Below, piece by piece: positions 1 through 12,780 of a stretch of 64,000 bases of DNA (positions within the stretch are counted from its first letter, which is position 1; each line of letters starts with the position of its first letter). Origin of the DNA: Ostrea edulis. Lineage: Eukaryota. Under the pieces are notes generated by a model, which was not told the DNA's origin, did no database searches, and was given only the letters and a program-made list of their open reading frames with translations. The translations under genes and the position numbers were made by a program. The DNA is taken from contig NC_079164.1 in NCBI RefSeq assembly GCF_947568905.1, forward strand, positions 28,458,001 through 28,522,000. Direction: 5' to 3'.

Positions 1-1092
1 GAAGACATCTATATCTCATCAACACCTGTAAGTAATGAAAACACCTATATCTCATTAACACTTGTAAGTAATGAAAACACAATCTCATCAACACCTGTAA
101 GTAATGAAAACACCTATATCTCATTAACACCTGTAAGTAATGAAAACACCTATATCTCATCAACACCTGTAAGTAATGAAGACACCTATATCTCATTAAC
201 ACTTGTAAGTAATGAAAACACCTATATCTCATCAACACATGTAAGTAATGAAAACACTTATATCTCATTAACACCTGTAAGTAATGAAAACATCTATATC
301 TCATTAACACCTGTAAGTAATGAAAACACAATCGTCCTAGACTGCGAATCTTGTCCCCTCGGTGGAATTTCCCTACCCCACACTCGTACTAATGAAGGAT
401 TCTATTAATCTCATTAACACCTGTAAGTAATGAAAACACCTATATCTCATCAACACCTGTAAGTAATGAAGACACCTATATCTCATTAACACTTGTAAGT
501 AATGAAGACACCTATATCTCATCAACACCTGTAAGTAATGAAGACATCTATATCTCATTAACACCTGTAAGTAATGAAGACACTTATATCTCATCAACAC
601 CTGTAAGTAATGAAAACACCTATATCTCATTAACACTTGTAAGTAATGAAAACACAATCTCATTAACACTTGTAAGTAATGAAAACACAATCTCATTAAC
701 ACCTGTAAGTAATGAAAACACCTATATCTCATTAACACCTGTAAGTAATGAAAACACCTATATCTCATCAACACCTGTAAGTAATGAAAACACCTATATC
801 TCATTAACACCTGTAAGTAATGAAAACACCTATATCTCATCAACACCTGTAAGTAATGAAGACACCTATATCTCATTAACACCTGTAAGTAATGAAGACA
901 CCTATATCTCATTAACACTTGTAAGTAATGAAGACACCTATATCTCATCAACACCTGTAAGTAATGAAGACACCTATATCTCATTAACACCTGTAAGTAA
1001 TGAAGACACCTATATCTCATCAACACCTGTAAGTAATGAAGACACCTATATCTCATCAACACCTGTAAGTAATGAAGACACCTATATCTCAT
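1..1092. repeat. 36-bp minisatellite in an LMLN intron
   Basis: Tandem unit GTAAGTAATGAAGACACCTATATCTCATCAACACCT, roughly 28 copies, interrupted at about 333-408. Confidence 0.95.
333..408. mobile_element. Half copy of a palindromic non-autonomous element (same family as 5387-5897)
   Basis: GTCCTAGACTGCGAATCTTGTCCCCTCGGTGGAATTTCCC...TTCTATTAAT closely matches the reverse complement of about 5387-5462. Confidence 0.7.
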
Positions 1093-1255
1093 CAAGAAAG
1101 AAATCTCAATTCTCCACGAGTTGAGAAGGAAAAGTCAGTCTTTATTTGGAGGACAGAAAATAGAGTGCTTTATGAATTTCATGATAAGACAAAATCTGTA
1201 TTCAATTTCACCAATCATAGATATTGGTCTTAGAAAATGTGTATCATTACAACAG

Positions 1256-3930
1256 ATCGTCAGACATGCACCCGTACTGTAAGCAGCTCAGACAAGGAAT
1301 GTTGCGGACAGACTGTACACGAAACAGGAAAGCTGTGGCGTTTTGTAATCTGGTGGAATACTCTGGACCTATACCCCCTGAATATCAGGTTGATAAATCT
1401 ATGTATTGTCCATGGTTTTATGAAGGCACAATTTCATGTACATTCAAAGTTTTACACAATATCAATTCAGTAAACATCCGATTGTTGAGTGTCTTTGCAA
1501 AAACAATTTGTGATTATTATTCATGCAACAAAGAAATGGACTCCTGGTAAATGTATATTGCGAGGAATGACTCCCATTTCTGTTTTGTTTTACAGTACTT
1601 TACCTCTGGGTCAGGTGTACAATGGTCGGGGGACTTCAGAAGACTGGGAGGCTCTGTGGAGCTGGCAGATTACTGTCCTTATCTACAGGTAACATCAAAT
1701 AGTGTAATCTTCTATCACACTAATGAATTCAAGAAGGTTAACTACCTGGAGAATATAAATTGTGTTTTATTTGTTTTAGGAGTTTATCTGGAGAGAAAAT
1801 GATGTTAATGTCAGAGATTCCAGGTGTTTTCTGCCAGGGAACGTCCCCAGTAAGTACAGTTAAGTCTCAATAAACCGCCACCCAGTAAGTACAGCCAAGT
1901 TTCAATAAACTGCCACCCAGTAAGTAGGAAACGTCCCCAGTAAGTACAATCAAGTCTCAATAAACCGCCACCCAGTAAGTACAGTCAAGTCTCAATAAAC
2001 CGCCACCCAGTAAGTAGTAGGAAACGTCCCCAGTAAGTGCAATCAAGTCTCAATAAACTGCCACCCAAGAAGTAGTAGGGAATGTCCCCAGTAAGTAGTA
2101 TGAAATATCCCCAGTAAATAGTATGAAATATCTCTATTAAGTAGTACGGAACATTCCCAGTGAGTAGTAGGAAACATCCTCAGTAAGTAGTAGGGAACAT
2201 TCCCAGTAAGTAGTAGGGAACATCTCTATTAAGTAGTAGGGAAAATTCCCAGTAAGTTGTAGGGAACATCCCCAGTAAGTAGTAGGGAACATCTTTTGTG
2301 AAATATCTCTATTAAGTAGTAGGGAACTTCTCCAGTAAGTAGTAGGGAACATTCCCAGTAAGTTGTAGGGAACATCCCCAGTAAGTAGTAGGGAATGTCT
2401 CTATTAAGTGGTAGGGAACATACCCAGTAAGTAGTTGGGAACATCCCCAGTAAGTTGTAGAGAACATCCCCAGTAAATAGTAGGGAACATTCCCAGTGAG
2501 TAGTAGGGAACATTCCCAGTAAATAGTAGGGAACATTTCCAGTGAGTAGTAGAGAACATCCCTAGTGAGTATTAGGGAACATCCCCAGTAAGTAGTAGGG
2601 AACATCCCCAGTAAGTAGTAGGGAACCTCCCCAGTAAGTAGTAGGGAACATTCCCAGTGAGTAGTAGGGAACATTCCCAGTAAGTAGTAGGGAACATCCC
2701 CAGTAAGTAGTAGGGAACCTCCCCAGTAAGTAGTAGGGAACATTCCCAGTAAGTAGTAGGGAACATTCCCAGTGGTAGTAGGGAACATTCCCAGTGAGTA
2801 GTAGGGAACATTTCCAGTAAGTAGTAGGGAACATCTCCAGTAAGTAATAGGGAACATTCCCAGTAAGTAGTAGGGAACATTCCCAGTAAGTAGTAGGGAA
2901 CATTCCCAGTGAGTAGTAGGGAACATTCCCAGTAAGTAATAGGAACATCTCCGGTGAGTAGTAGGGAACATCCCTTTTAAGTAGTCGAGAATGTCTGCAG
3001 TAAGTTGTAATGAACATCTCAGTAATTAATGATTCGTAGATGATTAGTAAGAAGTGTTTATACCCTGTTTAGTAGTGGAGTTTATCTGTGTTTGAAGTTT
3101 TCAAGAGTCACAAATATATTTAAATTTCTGTGAGATTTTTCTAGTGACTCCTGTACTTTTTTGTAGAGCCCTCTCTAAACTTCTATGGGGAGTCTTATGG
3201 TGCCAACTCTCTGTGTGTCAATCACGGATCTTCTCTGTGGACATTACAGCAGTGCAATAGGCTTATCCACACCACACATGCGGGGAGTGGCTGCTACCAG
3301 GTGTGAAAATTATCTTTTTAAAAAAAGCAAATCTTGAAGAGAAAAGCAAATCCTGAAATAAACTTAATCAGATGCAAGGAGTCATGGTTAAAACAGTCTA
3401 GTAATTATAATCATGTACTTTTATCCATTCACTAAGTATAGGACTTTGTGGGCAGATCTAAGGATTTGATTTTGGTCACATTGTGGTTAAAACAAGGTCG
3501 TGTTGATGGTTCCTTGTTCTCACTATGAAATTTCAGTCGCTGGAGTATTTTCAAAGACAGTGCAGAAATTTAAGACCATTTACTACAAACTTTTCATCAA
3601 AAATGATGATAATGAATACTAAATTTAAGTTTATATAAGTAAAATGAATAAATTTTCACCCATGGAATTTAATTTTTCATCACAGTGTATCAGTTATGTA
3701 CAATTCAGTGGGAAAACTTTGTACATGTATAGAGTTTTTAAACATCATAGCAAATATACAAGTTTCTAATATTTTAGGAATTTGATAGTTGTACTGATTA
3801 CAACCAGAATAAGCCAAAAAATAGATATCAACCCAATGGGCATTTGCTTGTAGCGAGTGTCCTTAGAAATACATTACAGGAGCAGTTGATGGTAATTGAT
3901 TGATTGATTGTATATTGTCTAACATCCCTC

Positions 3931-3966
<36 letters not shown>

Positions 3967-6872
3967 GCCGGTGAAGGACTGCAAAATTTAGGCCTATGCT
4001 CGGTGCTTACCACTTTTGAGCAGGGAGGGATCTTTATTGTGTCACACTTGCTGTGACACGGGACCTCAGTTTTTGCGGTTTCATCTGAAGGAAATGTCAT
4101 TCAACAATGAATTCTTGGCATGAGAGTATGCTAGGTCTCTTATGTTAGTAGAAATGATATGAATTCTGTAAATTATTGAGGAGCATTAAAGCAACTAGAT
4201 GTATGATGCAATCTAATTAAAATCAGATCTTCTCTAACCATTACACTGGAGAAGGCAGTGTAACGGTTAGAGAGGATCTGATTTTAATTAGATTGATATA
4301 TGAGGATTATGAAATATAAGTAAGGCTTCCTGATTTTAATTGGATTGATATATGAGGATTATGAAATATAAGTAAGGCTTCCTGATTTTAATTAGATTGA
4401 TGTAAGAGGATTATGAAATATAAGTAAGTCTTCTACAGAATGAAGAAGGCAGTGTAATGGTTAGGGAAGATCTGATTTTAATTAGATAGATGTATGAGGA
4501 TTATGTAATGTAAGTAAGGCTTCTACAGAATGGAGAAGGCAGTGTAATGGTTAGAGAAGATCTGATTTTAATTAGATTGATGTATGAGGATTATGAAATG
4601 TAGGTAAGGCTTCTACAGAATGGAGAAGGCAGTGTAATGGTTAGGGAAGATCTGATTTTAATTAGATAGATGTATGAGGATTATGTAATGTAAGTAAGGC
4701 TTCTACAGAATGGAGAAGGCAGTGTAATGGTTAGGGAAGATCTGATTTTAATTAGATAGATGTATGAGGATTATGTAATGTAAGTAAGGCTTCTACAGAA
4801 TGGAGAAGGCAGTGTAATGGTTAGAGAAGATCTGATTTTAATTAGATTGATGTATGAGGATTATGAAATGTAGGTAAGGCTTCTACAGAATGAAGCACTG
4901 TGTGTGTTTCCTGTGTTAGGGTTTATATTTGAAGGTAAGGCAACATGGAAATTTATTTCAAAAATTTAATTTAAGTATTTTTCAGGACTACTTCATGCAT
5001 TCAGCAGTAATAAAAAAATACTATAATGGTCAGTTGTCAATTTTTAGTAAACCCCTCTAATCTAGACATTTTCTTCAATCTGACAGCAGGCTGATATTGA
5101 AGAGTTTCACTGAATACATGTAGTTTTTTTTTCACTCATGGCTTTTTTTTTCAAAAGGCTTAGAGTAAATGGATCTGACATCATTAAGTGGAGTTTGAAT
5201 TTTTCAGTTTGAGTGCCATCAAACAGCTGGTCTAGTGCTGTATGTCCAGGGTATGAGTTACCAGTGTCTACAGACAGGACAAAGAATCCACGTTCGATTT
5301 GTGTCCACTTCCTTCCTCCATGATGGATACATTATTTGTCCACATTGCCCAGACGTCTGTCATGTAAGCTTTGTCCTCAGTGTGAAATTAATAGAATACT
5401 TCATTATTATGAGTGTGAGATGGGGAAATTTCACCGAGGGGACAAGATTCGCAGTCTGTGACAAGGCTTTGCCGAGTCCTAGACAGCGAATCTTGTTCCA
5501 GAGGTGGATTTCCCTATCCCACATGAGTAAATAATGAGGAATTATTTTTCTCACATTTAACCCAGTTTAGTGCATAAATTCAGGAGCTTTGAGAAAATTA
5601 AGAAATAACAAAATCCTTATTTGAACTTCGATGCAAAAACTAATTACCAGTAGACAAGCAGAAAGAGCATACCTGAAAATGGTTAACACTACAAGTGTAA
5701 ACTAAAAACCCAAGGTTGCCCACCAGAAAGTTATATCAAATTAGAATTTAAAGAAAACAATACACACCGTATTTAACGTAAATCATAAAATATATGATGT
5801 CACAATCAATGATGTCGCAGCAGTATAAGACAGAAAATCTCACATGGCTGTCTCACATGTGAAAAGTCGATCTCACACTAGTGATAATGTGAGAAATTGT
5901 TTTATTTATATTATTCACATATTGATTTCTCTACACATATTGATTTCTCTACACGTATTGATTTTTCTACACATTGATTTTTCTACACATTGATTTCTCT
6001 ACACGTATTGATTTCTCTACACATTGATTTCTCTACACATATTGATTTCTCTACACGTATTGATTTCTCTACACATATTGATTTCTCTACACGCATTGAT
6101 TTCTCTACGTATTGATTTCTCTACACGTATTGATTTCTCTACATATTGATTTCTCTATGTGTAGTGATTTCTCTACACATTGATTTCTCTACACACATTG
6201 ATTTCTCTACACGTATTGATTTCTCTACATATATTAATTTCTCTACACGTGTTGATTTCTCTACATGTATTAATTTCTCTACATGTATTAATTTCTCTAC
6301 ATGTATTAATTTCTCTACACATATTGATTTCTCTATATGTATTAATTTCTCTACACATATTGATTACTCTACACATATTGATTTCTCTACATGTATTGAT
6401 TTCTCTACACATATTGATTTCTCTATATATATTAATTTTTCTACACATATTGATTTCTCTATATGTATTAATTTCTCTACACGTATTGGTTTCTCTACAC
6501 ATATTGATTTCTCTATATATATTAATTTCTCTACACATATTGATTTCTCTATATATATTAATTTCTCTACACGTATTAATTTCTCTACACGTATTGATTT
6601 CTCTACACGTATTGATTTCTCTATATATATTAATTTCTCTACATACAGGTATGTTGATTTTTTCTGCATGCATTGTCACCTCCTATACATCTTCATTTCA
6701 GGATAGAGGAGTCCTGTGTCCAAAGGAAGTCGTGCCCTATGACATCATCAATAACAACACACCAGACCTGCACATTCCTTGTGGTGCCATCACATATTTA
6801 CGCCGATCAAACATCTATGTCATCACTGCCGTCCTTGTTCTCTTAATGCTGTGTCTCCGCCTTACAGTGTAA
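1256..6872 (+). CDS. LMLN: Leishmanolysin-like peptidase (invadolysin, M8 metalloprotease), 3' part, spliced
   Basis: Phase-compatible GT-AG exons: about 1256-1388 (alternative acceptor at 1221), 1596-1688, 1780-1849, 3167-3300, 5208-5363 and 6702-6872. The joined translation has LMLN C-terminal motifs: PYC...AFCNLVEYSGPIPPEYQYF, GGSVELADYCPYLQEFIW, FYGESYGANSLC, GSGCYQ, DGYIICPHC. It ends in a hydrophobic GPI-signal-like tail (AVLVLLMLCLRLTV*). The catalytic HExxH exon would lie upstream of the window. Confidence 0.9.
1838..3010 (+). repeat. 23-bp minisatellite derived from an LMLN exon end plus its 5' splice site
   Basis: The unit GGGAACATCCCCAGTAAGTAGTA matches the real junction GGGAACGTCCCCA|GTAAGT at 1849/1850. 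About 40 copies follow a longer-period section at 1850-2070. Confidence 0.9.
3893..4093 (-). mobile_element. 5'-truncated SINE-like element
   Basis: A (GATT)n tail, and a body homologous to the tRNA-headed element at 51339-52428 (shared TTTTTCACTCATAT, AAATTTAGGCCTATGCT and ACACGGGACCTCAGTTTTTG). Confidence 0.7.
4209..4891. repeat. 40-bp-arm hairpin followed by a 90-bp tandem array built from its right arm
   Basis: Arms at 4209-4248 and 4256-4295 with 2 mismatches. The unit recurs at 90-bp spacing, for example 4619 and 4709. Confidence 0.85.
5387..5897. mobile_element. Non-autonomous DNA element with an internal palindrome (Crypton-like, tentative)
   Basis: Inverted arms surround the core AAGGCTTTGCCGAG at about 5463-5476. 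A homologous copy lies at 48022-49087 and a half copy at 333-408. Confidence 0.6.
5915..6645. repeat. 18-bp minisatellite in the last LMLN intron
   Basis: Unit ACACATATTGATTTCTCT, about 40 copies. It explains the spurious HIDFST and REINTC ORFs. Confidence 0.95.
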
Positions 6873-6971
6873 TGTAGGGCGGTGCAGTCTCAATGATCAC
6901 GGCAGCAGAATGGATGCCTGTACAATTACTGTGTAATATACAGCTGTGTATGTGAAGATTTGTTAAAAAGA

Positions 6972-7070
6972 GAGGCATATCCAGCATAATATTGTAGCAC
7001 TGCAGAGGTTCTCATACCGAAGAGAGGCATATCCAGCATAATATTGTAGCACTGCAGAGGTTCTCATACC
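6972..7070. repeat. About 49-bp direct duplication downstream of the LMLN stop codon
   Basis: AGAGGCATATCCAGCATAATATTGTAGCACTGCAGAGGTTCTCATACCGA occurs twice in tandem. Confidence 0.9.
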
Positions 7071-7470
7071 GAGTGGTATTTGTATTAACCCACCTTCAAT
7101 ACAGTCAAATATCTGCTAAATTATTTTATTATACTTTCATGCAAAATACTCGAATCTGATCGGTCGAGAAGCATTTGAAAAAACATATTGTTACCCTCTA
7201 AGAACAGAAAGCACGCGCCCCAGGGTGATAATATCTAGCAACGGGTAACAGTACTTGACAACGGGTGATATTATAAAAAATTATCACATGCGTCAATTTA
7301 TGCGCGTACGGTTCGCCGTAGATTGTTAGACGACATCATTTGAGTGTTTGTAATAAACGGGAATACCCGCATCGATATAAGAAATGTCGCATGACAGTGA
7401 TTGATCAAATATCAACAGACGTAAGTTTTTCTGCTTTCCTGTTTACATAACATTCAGTATAATAAAACAA

Positions 7471-7605
7471 ATATTGCATGTAGTTGAGGGTAACATTGAA
7501 ATTTTCACCCCTCGAAAAACCATTGTCAACCTCGGCTACGCCTCGGTAGACAATGGTTTTCTCGGGGTGAAAATTTACAATCTTACCCTCAACTACATGC
7601 AATAT
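7471..7605. repeat. Long imperfect palindrome, probably the end of a palindromic element
   Basis: Arms of about 60 bp (ATATTGCATGTAGTTGAGGGTAA... / ...TTACCCTCAACTACATGCAATAT) flank the core CCTCGGCTACGCCTCGG. Confidence 0.8.
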
Positions 7606-8047
7606 TTATATAATCACCACCATAATGTAAATATATTATATGATATTGTGATTATGCATTGATTGTTCTGTTTCATGATTGTGCCAAAAACTTTGTGACT
7701 ATATGTACAATTACACTGTCAATTGAGCTAAGTTTTGAGTGAGCTCAAATATATATATATAAATATGTACATGTGTTATATTTTAGAAATCATATTATAT
7801 CATATGATAATAATCATATGTGAGTATTAGTACATGTAACTGTTGCTCTCGGTACATGAAGACTGTGTGATCAGTCGGAGCAGCCTGAAGATACTGATGA
7901 AGGGAAACTTTCATTAATATGAGTTTTGTATGTGTGTCTATCTAGTCTAATTGTGTGCTATATAATGATCTGAGTTATGGACAATCCCAAGTGATATTTA
8001 CCGCTATTCTCATCAGTAAACTTAAAGAGGAATGGAACCAGACTTAA

Positions 8048-8552
8048 GGTATTCAATGTATAATAACCATATTTCATATCTAATAAATGGATGGTGGAAG
8101 TTTTGTAATCATGGTATCAGTTTGAAGGGTTCATCAAATAAAATAATCCACTGTAGGAATTTTCAAAATTTTGTTTACTGCTTGATTTATTTCACCTAGA
8201 ATTTAACATTGAAGTATATGGGAAAAGCATGTTTTATTACAATATTTTAAAAAGAAATTATATTTTTATACAAATCTCTTGGTAGAAAGTTACATACACT
8301 TTCTCTTAATGAAAATATGAAATAAAATTAATCATTGACCACACATTTTTAGAAAATAAGATTTTTCTTATTTTTTACAAAGGGCAGACAACTCTTCCAA
8401 AAAGTCTTAAGTGCTAAAATGTCAGCTTCTAATCATTTACCAGTCATGTGAATTTCATCTGCTTCACTTTCATCATTATTCAACAATGAACATTTATGTT
8501 GATCTAAATCCTTCAAAATTGTTCATTATCCTTTCATTATACATGGAATACC
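8048..8552. mobile_element. Kolobok-like MITE
   Basis: TTAA on both flanks (8044-8047 and 8553-8556). 17-bp TIR GGTATTC[A/C]ATGTATAAT with one mismatch. RR...YY termini with a TTAA target fit Kolobok rather than piggyBac. Confidence 0.7.
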
Positions 8553-9619
8553 TTAAGTAAAGAAAATTTAGGTCTGAGAAGAGACTCGCGAATCAAGGAT
8601 CAAATGTCTGAATCCTATCTTGTCTCAATATTTTCTACTCTTTTGAAATTTGTATCAATCTCCACATTTTTTTTTTTACAAAAAATTACTACAGAGACAT
8701 AGCTGCATATAGTGTGTAAATATAATGAAATAAAAATCCTGTGTAAAATCCTATCACTGTGGTTTGTGAGGGATATTCACCAGGCGTGACTAATCCACAC
8801 ACGCACTGTGATACTCTGTCCCGAGTTTGTGTTTTCTCTTGGTAGACAACACTTTTATATGATGCACTTCAATAAACATCTCTCATTTTGAATGTGTGCA
8901 ATGGCTGTGCATTTATACAAATGATATGCATATCCAAAAAGTACAGTGTATTGTTTAGTTGTTTTATTATTCACCTCCTTGTCTGTGTATGTACATAATA
9001 TATTTAAGTGCAGGATTTTTTATACAAATTTGGTGGAAACCTTGAGCAGAATAGTGGTGTGTTTTGGTGGGTTGGTTTTTTTTAAATACAAAAATCAACA
9101 TTTTTTACATTGATGCAAAGTTCTTTGAGTAAAATCTCTCATATCTTTTGAAGGGCATTGATATGTTCTTTCTCCTTTACCTACATGCATAATACATGGA
9201 AATATCTATTTATCAAAAATGTTGTCATATTTTGATTTTTTTCAATCCCTCGGGATTTTGAATCAGGAACGTATAAAGTGTGCAACTATGTTTAATAGAG
9301 TTGAAGTTTTATGAAAGCTGAATTCTTTACACACTGATTTTTCTGCAGCAGAAACTGATTGCATAATTGATTTGAGTATACAGAACATTTTCTGAGGAAG
9401 ATTTGTTAATGCTTTGAATTTTATCATTATTGTTGTTTTTAAGTGTTTTGTGTTGTGATTATATTTTATGTACAATGTACTTACATGTTGGGGTACCTGT
9501 ATGTTGAACATGAAGGTTAATGTAGCGGTACGTTGTATGGACTGCTGTGATTTTATCTCTTCTGTGCCATTGTTTAGTAATATTATTTGGGTATGAATGT
9601 CTTATAAAATTATTTTCTT

Positions 9620-9651
<32 letters not shown>

Positions 9652-11722
9652 CACATCAATTTTTACGTAGTTTGTTTACAAAATGTCTGGAAGCAAAATT
9701 CCCAACAATACAGCAACGTATATCCTGAATAACCGAGGGAAGGAGGTTAACATGTGATAAAAAGAATCTACAGTTTTCATAGTGTATGTATTTTTTCTTA
9801 TTCCTTCAACAAATAAAATCATGTACATTATAACAATATTTCAACAGTCAAAACTGTTACAGTAACAGTAATAAAATCAACAAATAAAATCATGTGCATT
9901 ATAACACATTATAACAATATTCAACAGTCGAAACTGAGTAACTGTAACAGTAATGAAATGTATTAATTTTTTACATTGTAGTTGATAGTGATTTGACCAC
10001 AATTAGTAATGTTAGGTAAAACCGTTAAGGACAATGAGTTTAACTTACTGTATGTGCTTTAAAACATGCTATTAGATTGGTCGATAAAAATGACAGGAAA
10101 TCTATGGTTGGTCAAGAGAAAAATCCTGAATAAACCTTCCAAAGTTATTGGTACATGTAATATTAAGGTGAACTCACTCTGAAGTACACACCAGGAAAGA
10201 TTTGGACCAGTCAGAAAGCATCAAATTTCCTGAGCATTTAGTGAATTAGTTTTGACACAAGTATGTAGATATCAATATTTTAAATCATGTCCTATGTGAA
10301 TGGCTAGGTACTAAATATACCTGTATTATGCAATATGTTGAGGTTGTGACAACAAGTACATGTAATTACTTTAAGCAGTAACCAGTTTCTTATGAATAAT
10401 TTATGGAATCATGCTTGATTAAATGTGAGACATGAAATCTTTATAGAATACCTGCATTATTTAACATAATGTGTACTGCTTCTGCTGATTTATCATGTTA
10501 TATATGAGCAAAACTCTGTAATGACCAAACTTTTGAAGGCACTTGGCAAGCATGGTCTCAGATTTGGATAAAACTGACAAATTGGAGAAAGTACCCCAGA
10601 AATCAAAGATATTTTGTTATTATGATGCATGGTTGCTATGGAAACCATAATAGTGGATTTTAATAACTGAGGGTCAACATTTCATAGAGCTCTATAAAGT
10701 ACAAAAACTTGAGTTTTTACATGTCCAATGATTGAAATAGTGTCAACTCCTCTGTTACACTCAGATCAGTATTTTAAAACATAATTGCTGAAAATTTACT
10801 TCTATCCGAGTTTTAATTTAGCAACAAATGAACTGATGTTGTCAAATCATCTGTAGATGTCCTTTGTCAAGTGCTGGAAAAAGTGATGGAATTCTCCACT
10901 GATTCATAAGATAATTAAGTCTTTCAGCAGTATGTACGGCATATTTACATTGTACTAACATAAATACGAATAAAACCATATATGAAGATACTTTATATAC
11001 ACAAAGAAATGCATAAATTTCAAATTTTCATACTTTCTTAACAAGTTTTAATATACTTTAATGATGCACAGAATCATAGTGTTATTCTTTCTAAATAATT
11101 GTTTATGAGTTTTTCAGCAGCCTAATTGACATATAAACTCCTTAAATGGTTTTTATGAAAACCAAAGTGTTGGAAAAACTATATATGTCTCTTATTGAAT
11201 AAATAAACCACGTAGTTTTGATGATTGTGGTATTCAATATTTGCATTTCAAAAACAAAAGTTCTATTCACATTTGCAGGTATAACATATCAATCGGGGGA
11301 AATCATTTTCCATGGTGACCCTTTCAACAAAATCAGTTTTGTATTTTATTTAAAAGTTTGTTCTTCCAACTTATTAAAGCGATTACGCTAAATCCAACAA
11401 AGATAGGGGTAGAGGTTTGGTTAAATTTTATTACATGTAATTTGAGTTGTAAATATTAATCTGAAATTGTCATGAACTTTTATAAAAGCATTAAAACATG
11501 TATTATGGAAATAAATTTGTCGCAAATGCATGTGTATCATCGAATATATTGATATTAACCCAAGAAAGGCAATTTGTTATTAAATTATGCTTTTTGCAAA
11601 AATAAAAAATATTTACTGTATCACAGCAATGTTCATTTTGATTATTTGCCGAAATCAACCTTTCATCACTCTCAATACATGTGGTTTATATAAAAAAAAA
11701 AATTTAATGACAAGAGAGACAA

Positions 11723-12242
11723 AACAAGAGGTACTGTGAGCAATGCTCACTAAGAATACCCCCCCCCCTTACCCCAATCTCCCAAAGGGTGTTGGTAATA
11801 GGTATAAACTACCTCTTTTCTGAGTGTAAAAAACAAATGGCATGACAAACCGAACCATATTGCTACTTCGATGTCCAGTGCGCTTGACCTTTGACCTTTT
11901 GACCCCAAAATCGATAGGGAACATCTTCATCCCATGGGTAGTCCATATGTATGATATGGTGACGGTAGGTGGAAAGGATAACGCTTTAGAGCCCGGAAAC
12001 CATATTGCTACTTCGATGTCCAGTGCGCTTGACCTTTGACCTTTTGACCCCAAAATCGATAAGGAACATCTTCATCCCATGGGTAGCCCATATATATGAC
12101 ATGGTGACGGTAGGTGGAAAGGATAATGCTTTAGAGCCCGGAAACCATTGCGTCTACAGACGGACGGACGGACAGACAGACGGACAACCCGATTCCAGTA
12201 TACCCCCCCCCCCCCCCAACAACTTGTTGCGGGGGGTATAAT
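11723..12242 (+). mobile_element. Helentron-type non-autonomous element (HINE / CvA-pearl-like)
   Basis: 5' AACAAGAGGTACTGTGAGCAATGCTCAC subterminal inverted repeat, two 145-bp core repeats (11855 and 12000), a (GACG/GACA)n microsatellite, and a 3' CCCCCC-AACAACTTGTT-GCGGGGGG hairpin. Confidence 0.8.
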
Positions 12243-12324
12243 TAATCAGCTATTAGTAACCCATGATGTATAATATACAATTATTGACATTTTTTAGGTC
12301 TGTACAATGATTTAGATACACGGT

Positions 12325-12472
12325 GGGTGTGACCAGTCAACGCAATGCTTATTCCTCCTAGGCACCTGATCCCACCTCTGGTATATCCAGGGGTCCGTGT
12401 TTGCCCAACTCTATATTTTGTATTGTTTATAGGTGTTACGAGATTGATCACCGTTATCTTCGCCTTTCATAC
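12325..12472. repeat. Fragment of an interspersed repeat recalled as common in bivalves
   Basis: Motif GCACCTGATCCCACCTCTGGTATATCCAGGGGTCCGTGTTTGCC...GAGATTGATCAC, recognised from memory only. The family is not determined. Confidence 0.4.
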
Positions 12473-12780
12473 ATGTACCTCAGATTTTAGTACGATATTC
12501 ACTGAACCCAAAGGACTAGGGGAATATTGTATTTTGAGGGTAGCTAAATCATTGCATTGACCTCAAAATGTTATTTGATTTATTATATGATTGAATATAT
12601 TAAAACATCAAAACTCTACCTGGTGGGACATCTTTGTTTACAGCTAGCGTGGAAAACCTTGCCAAAAGTGATTATAGAGATGTAATTCAAAACATAGAAA
12701 GCATCTACTAGCTAGAGCATTCGCGACAATAATTGGTCAGACATCTGTGTTTATAGCTAGCATGCAAGACCTAGTCAAAA

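Noticed and set aside
373-1095. 240-aa ORF (MRYRCLHYLQVL repeats) on the minus strand
   Set aside because: Translation of a 36-bp minisatellite, with no unique sequence or splice context.
2137-3017. Several overlapping minus-strand ORFs
   Set aside because: All are readings of the 23-bp repeat.
6146-6700. Long ORFs in four frames, including an apparent in-frame extension of the last LMLN exon
   Set aside because: They come from an 18-bp repeat. The real exon begins at the acceptor CATTTCAG|GAT (6702).
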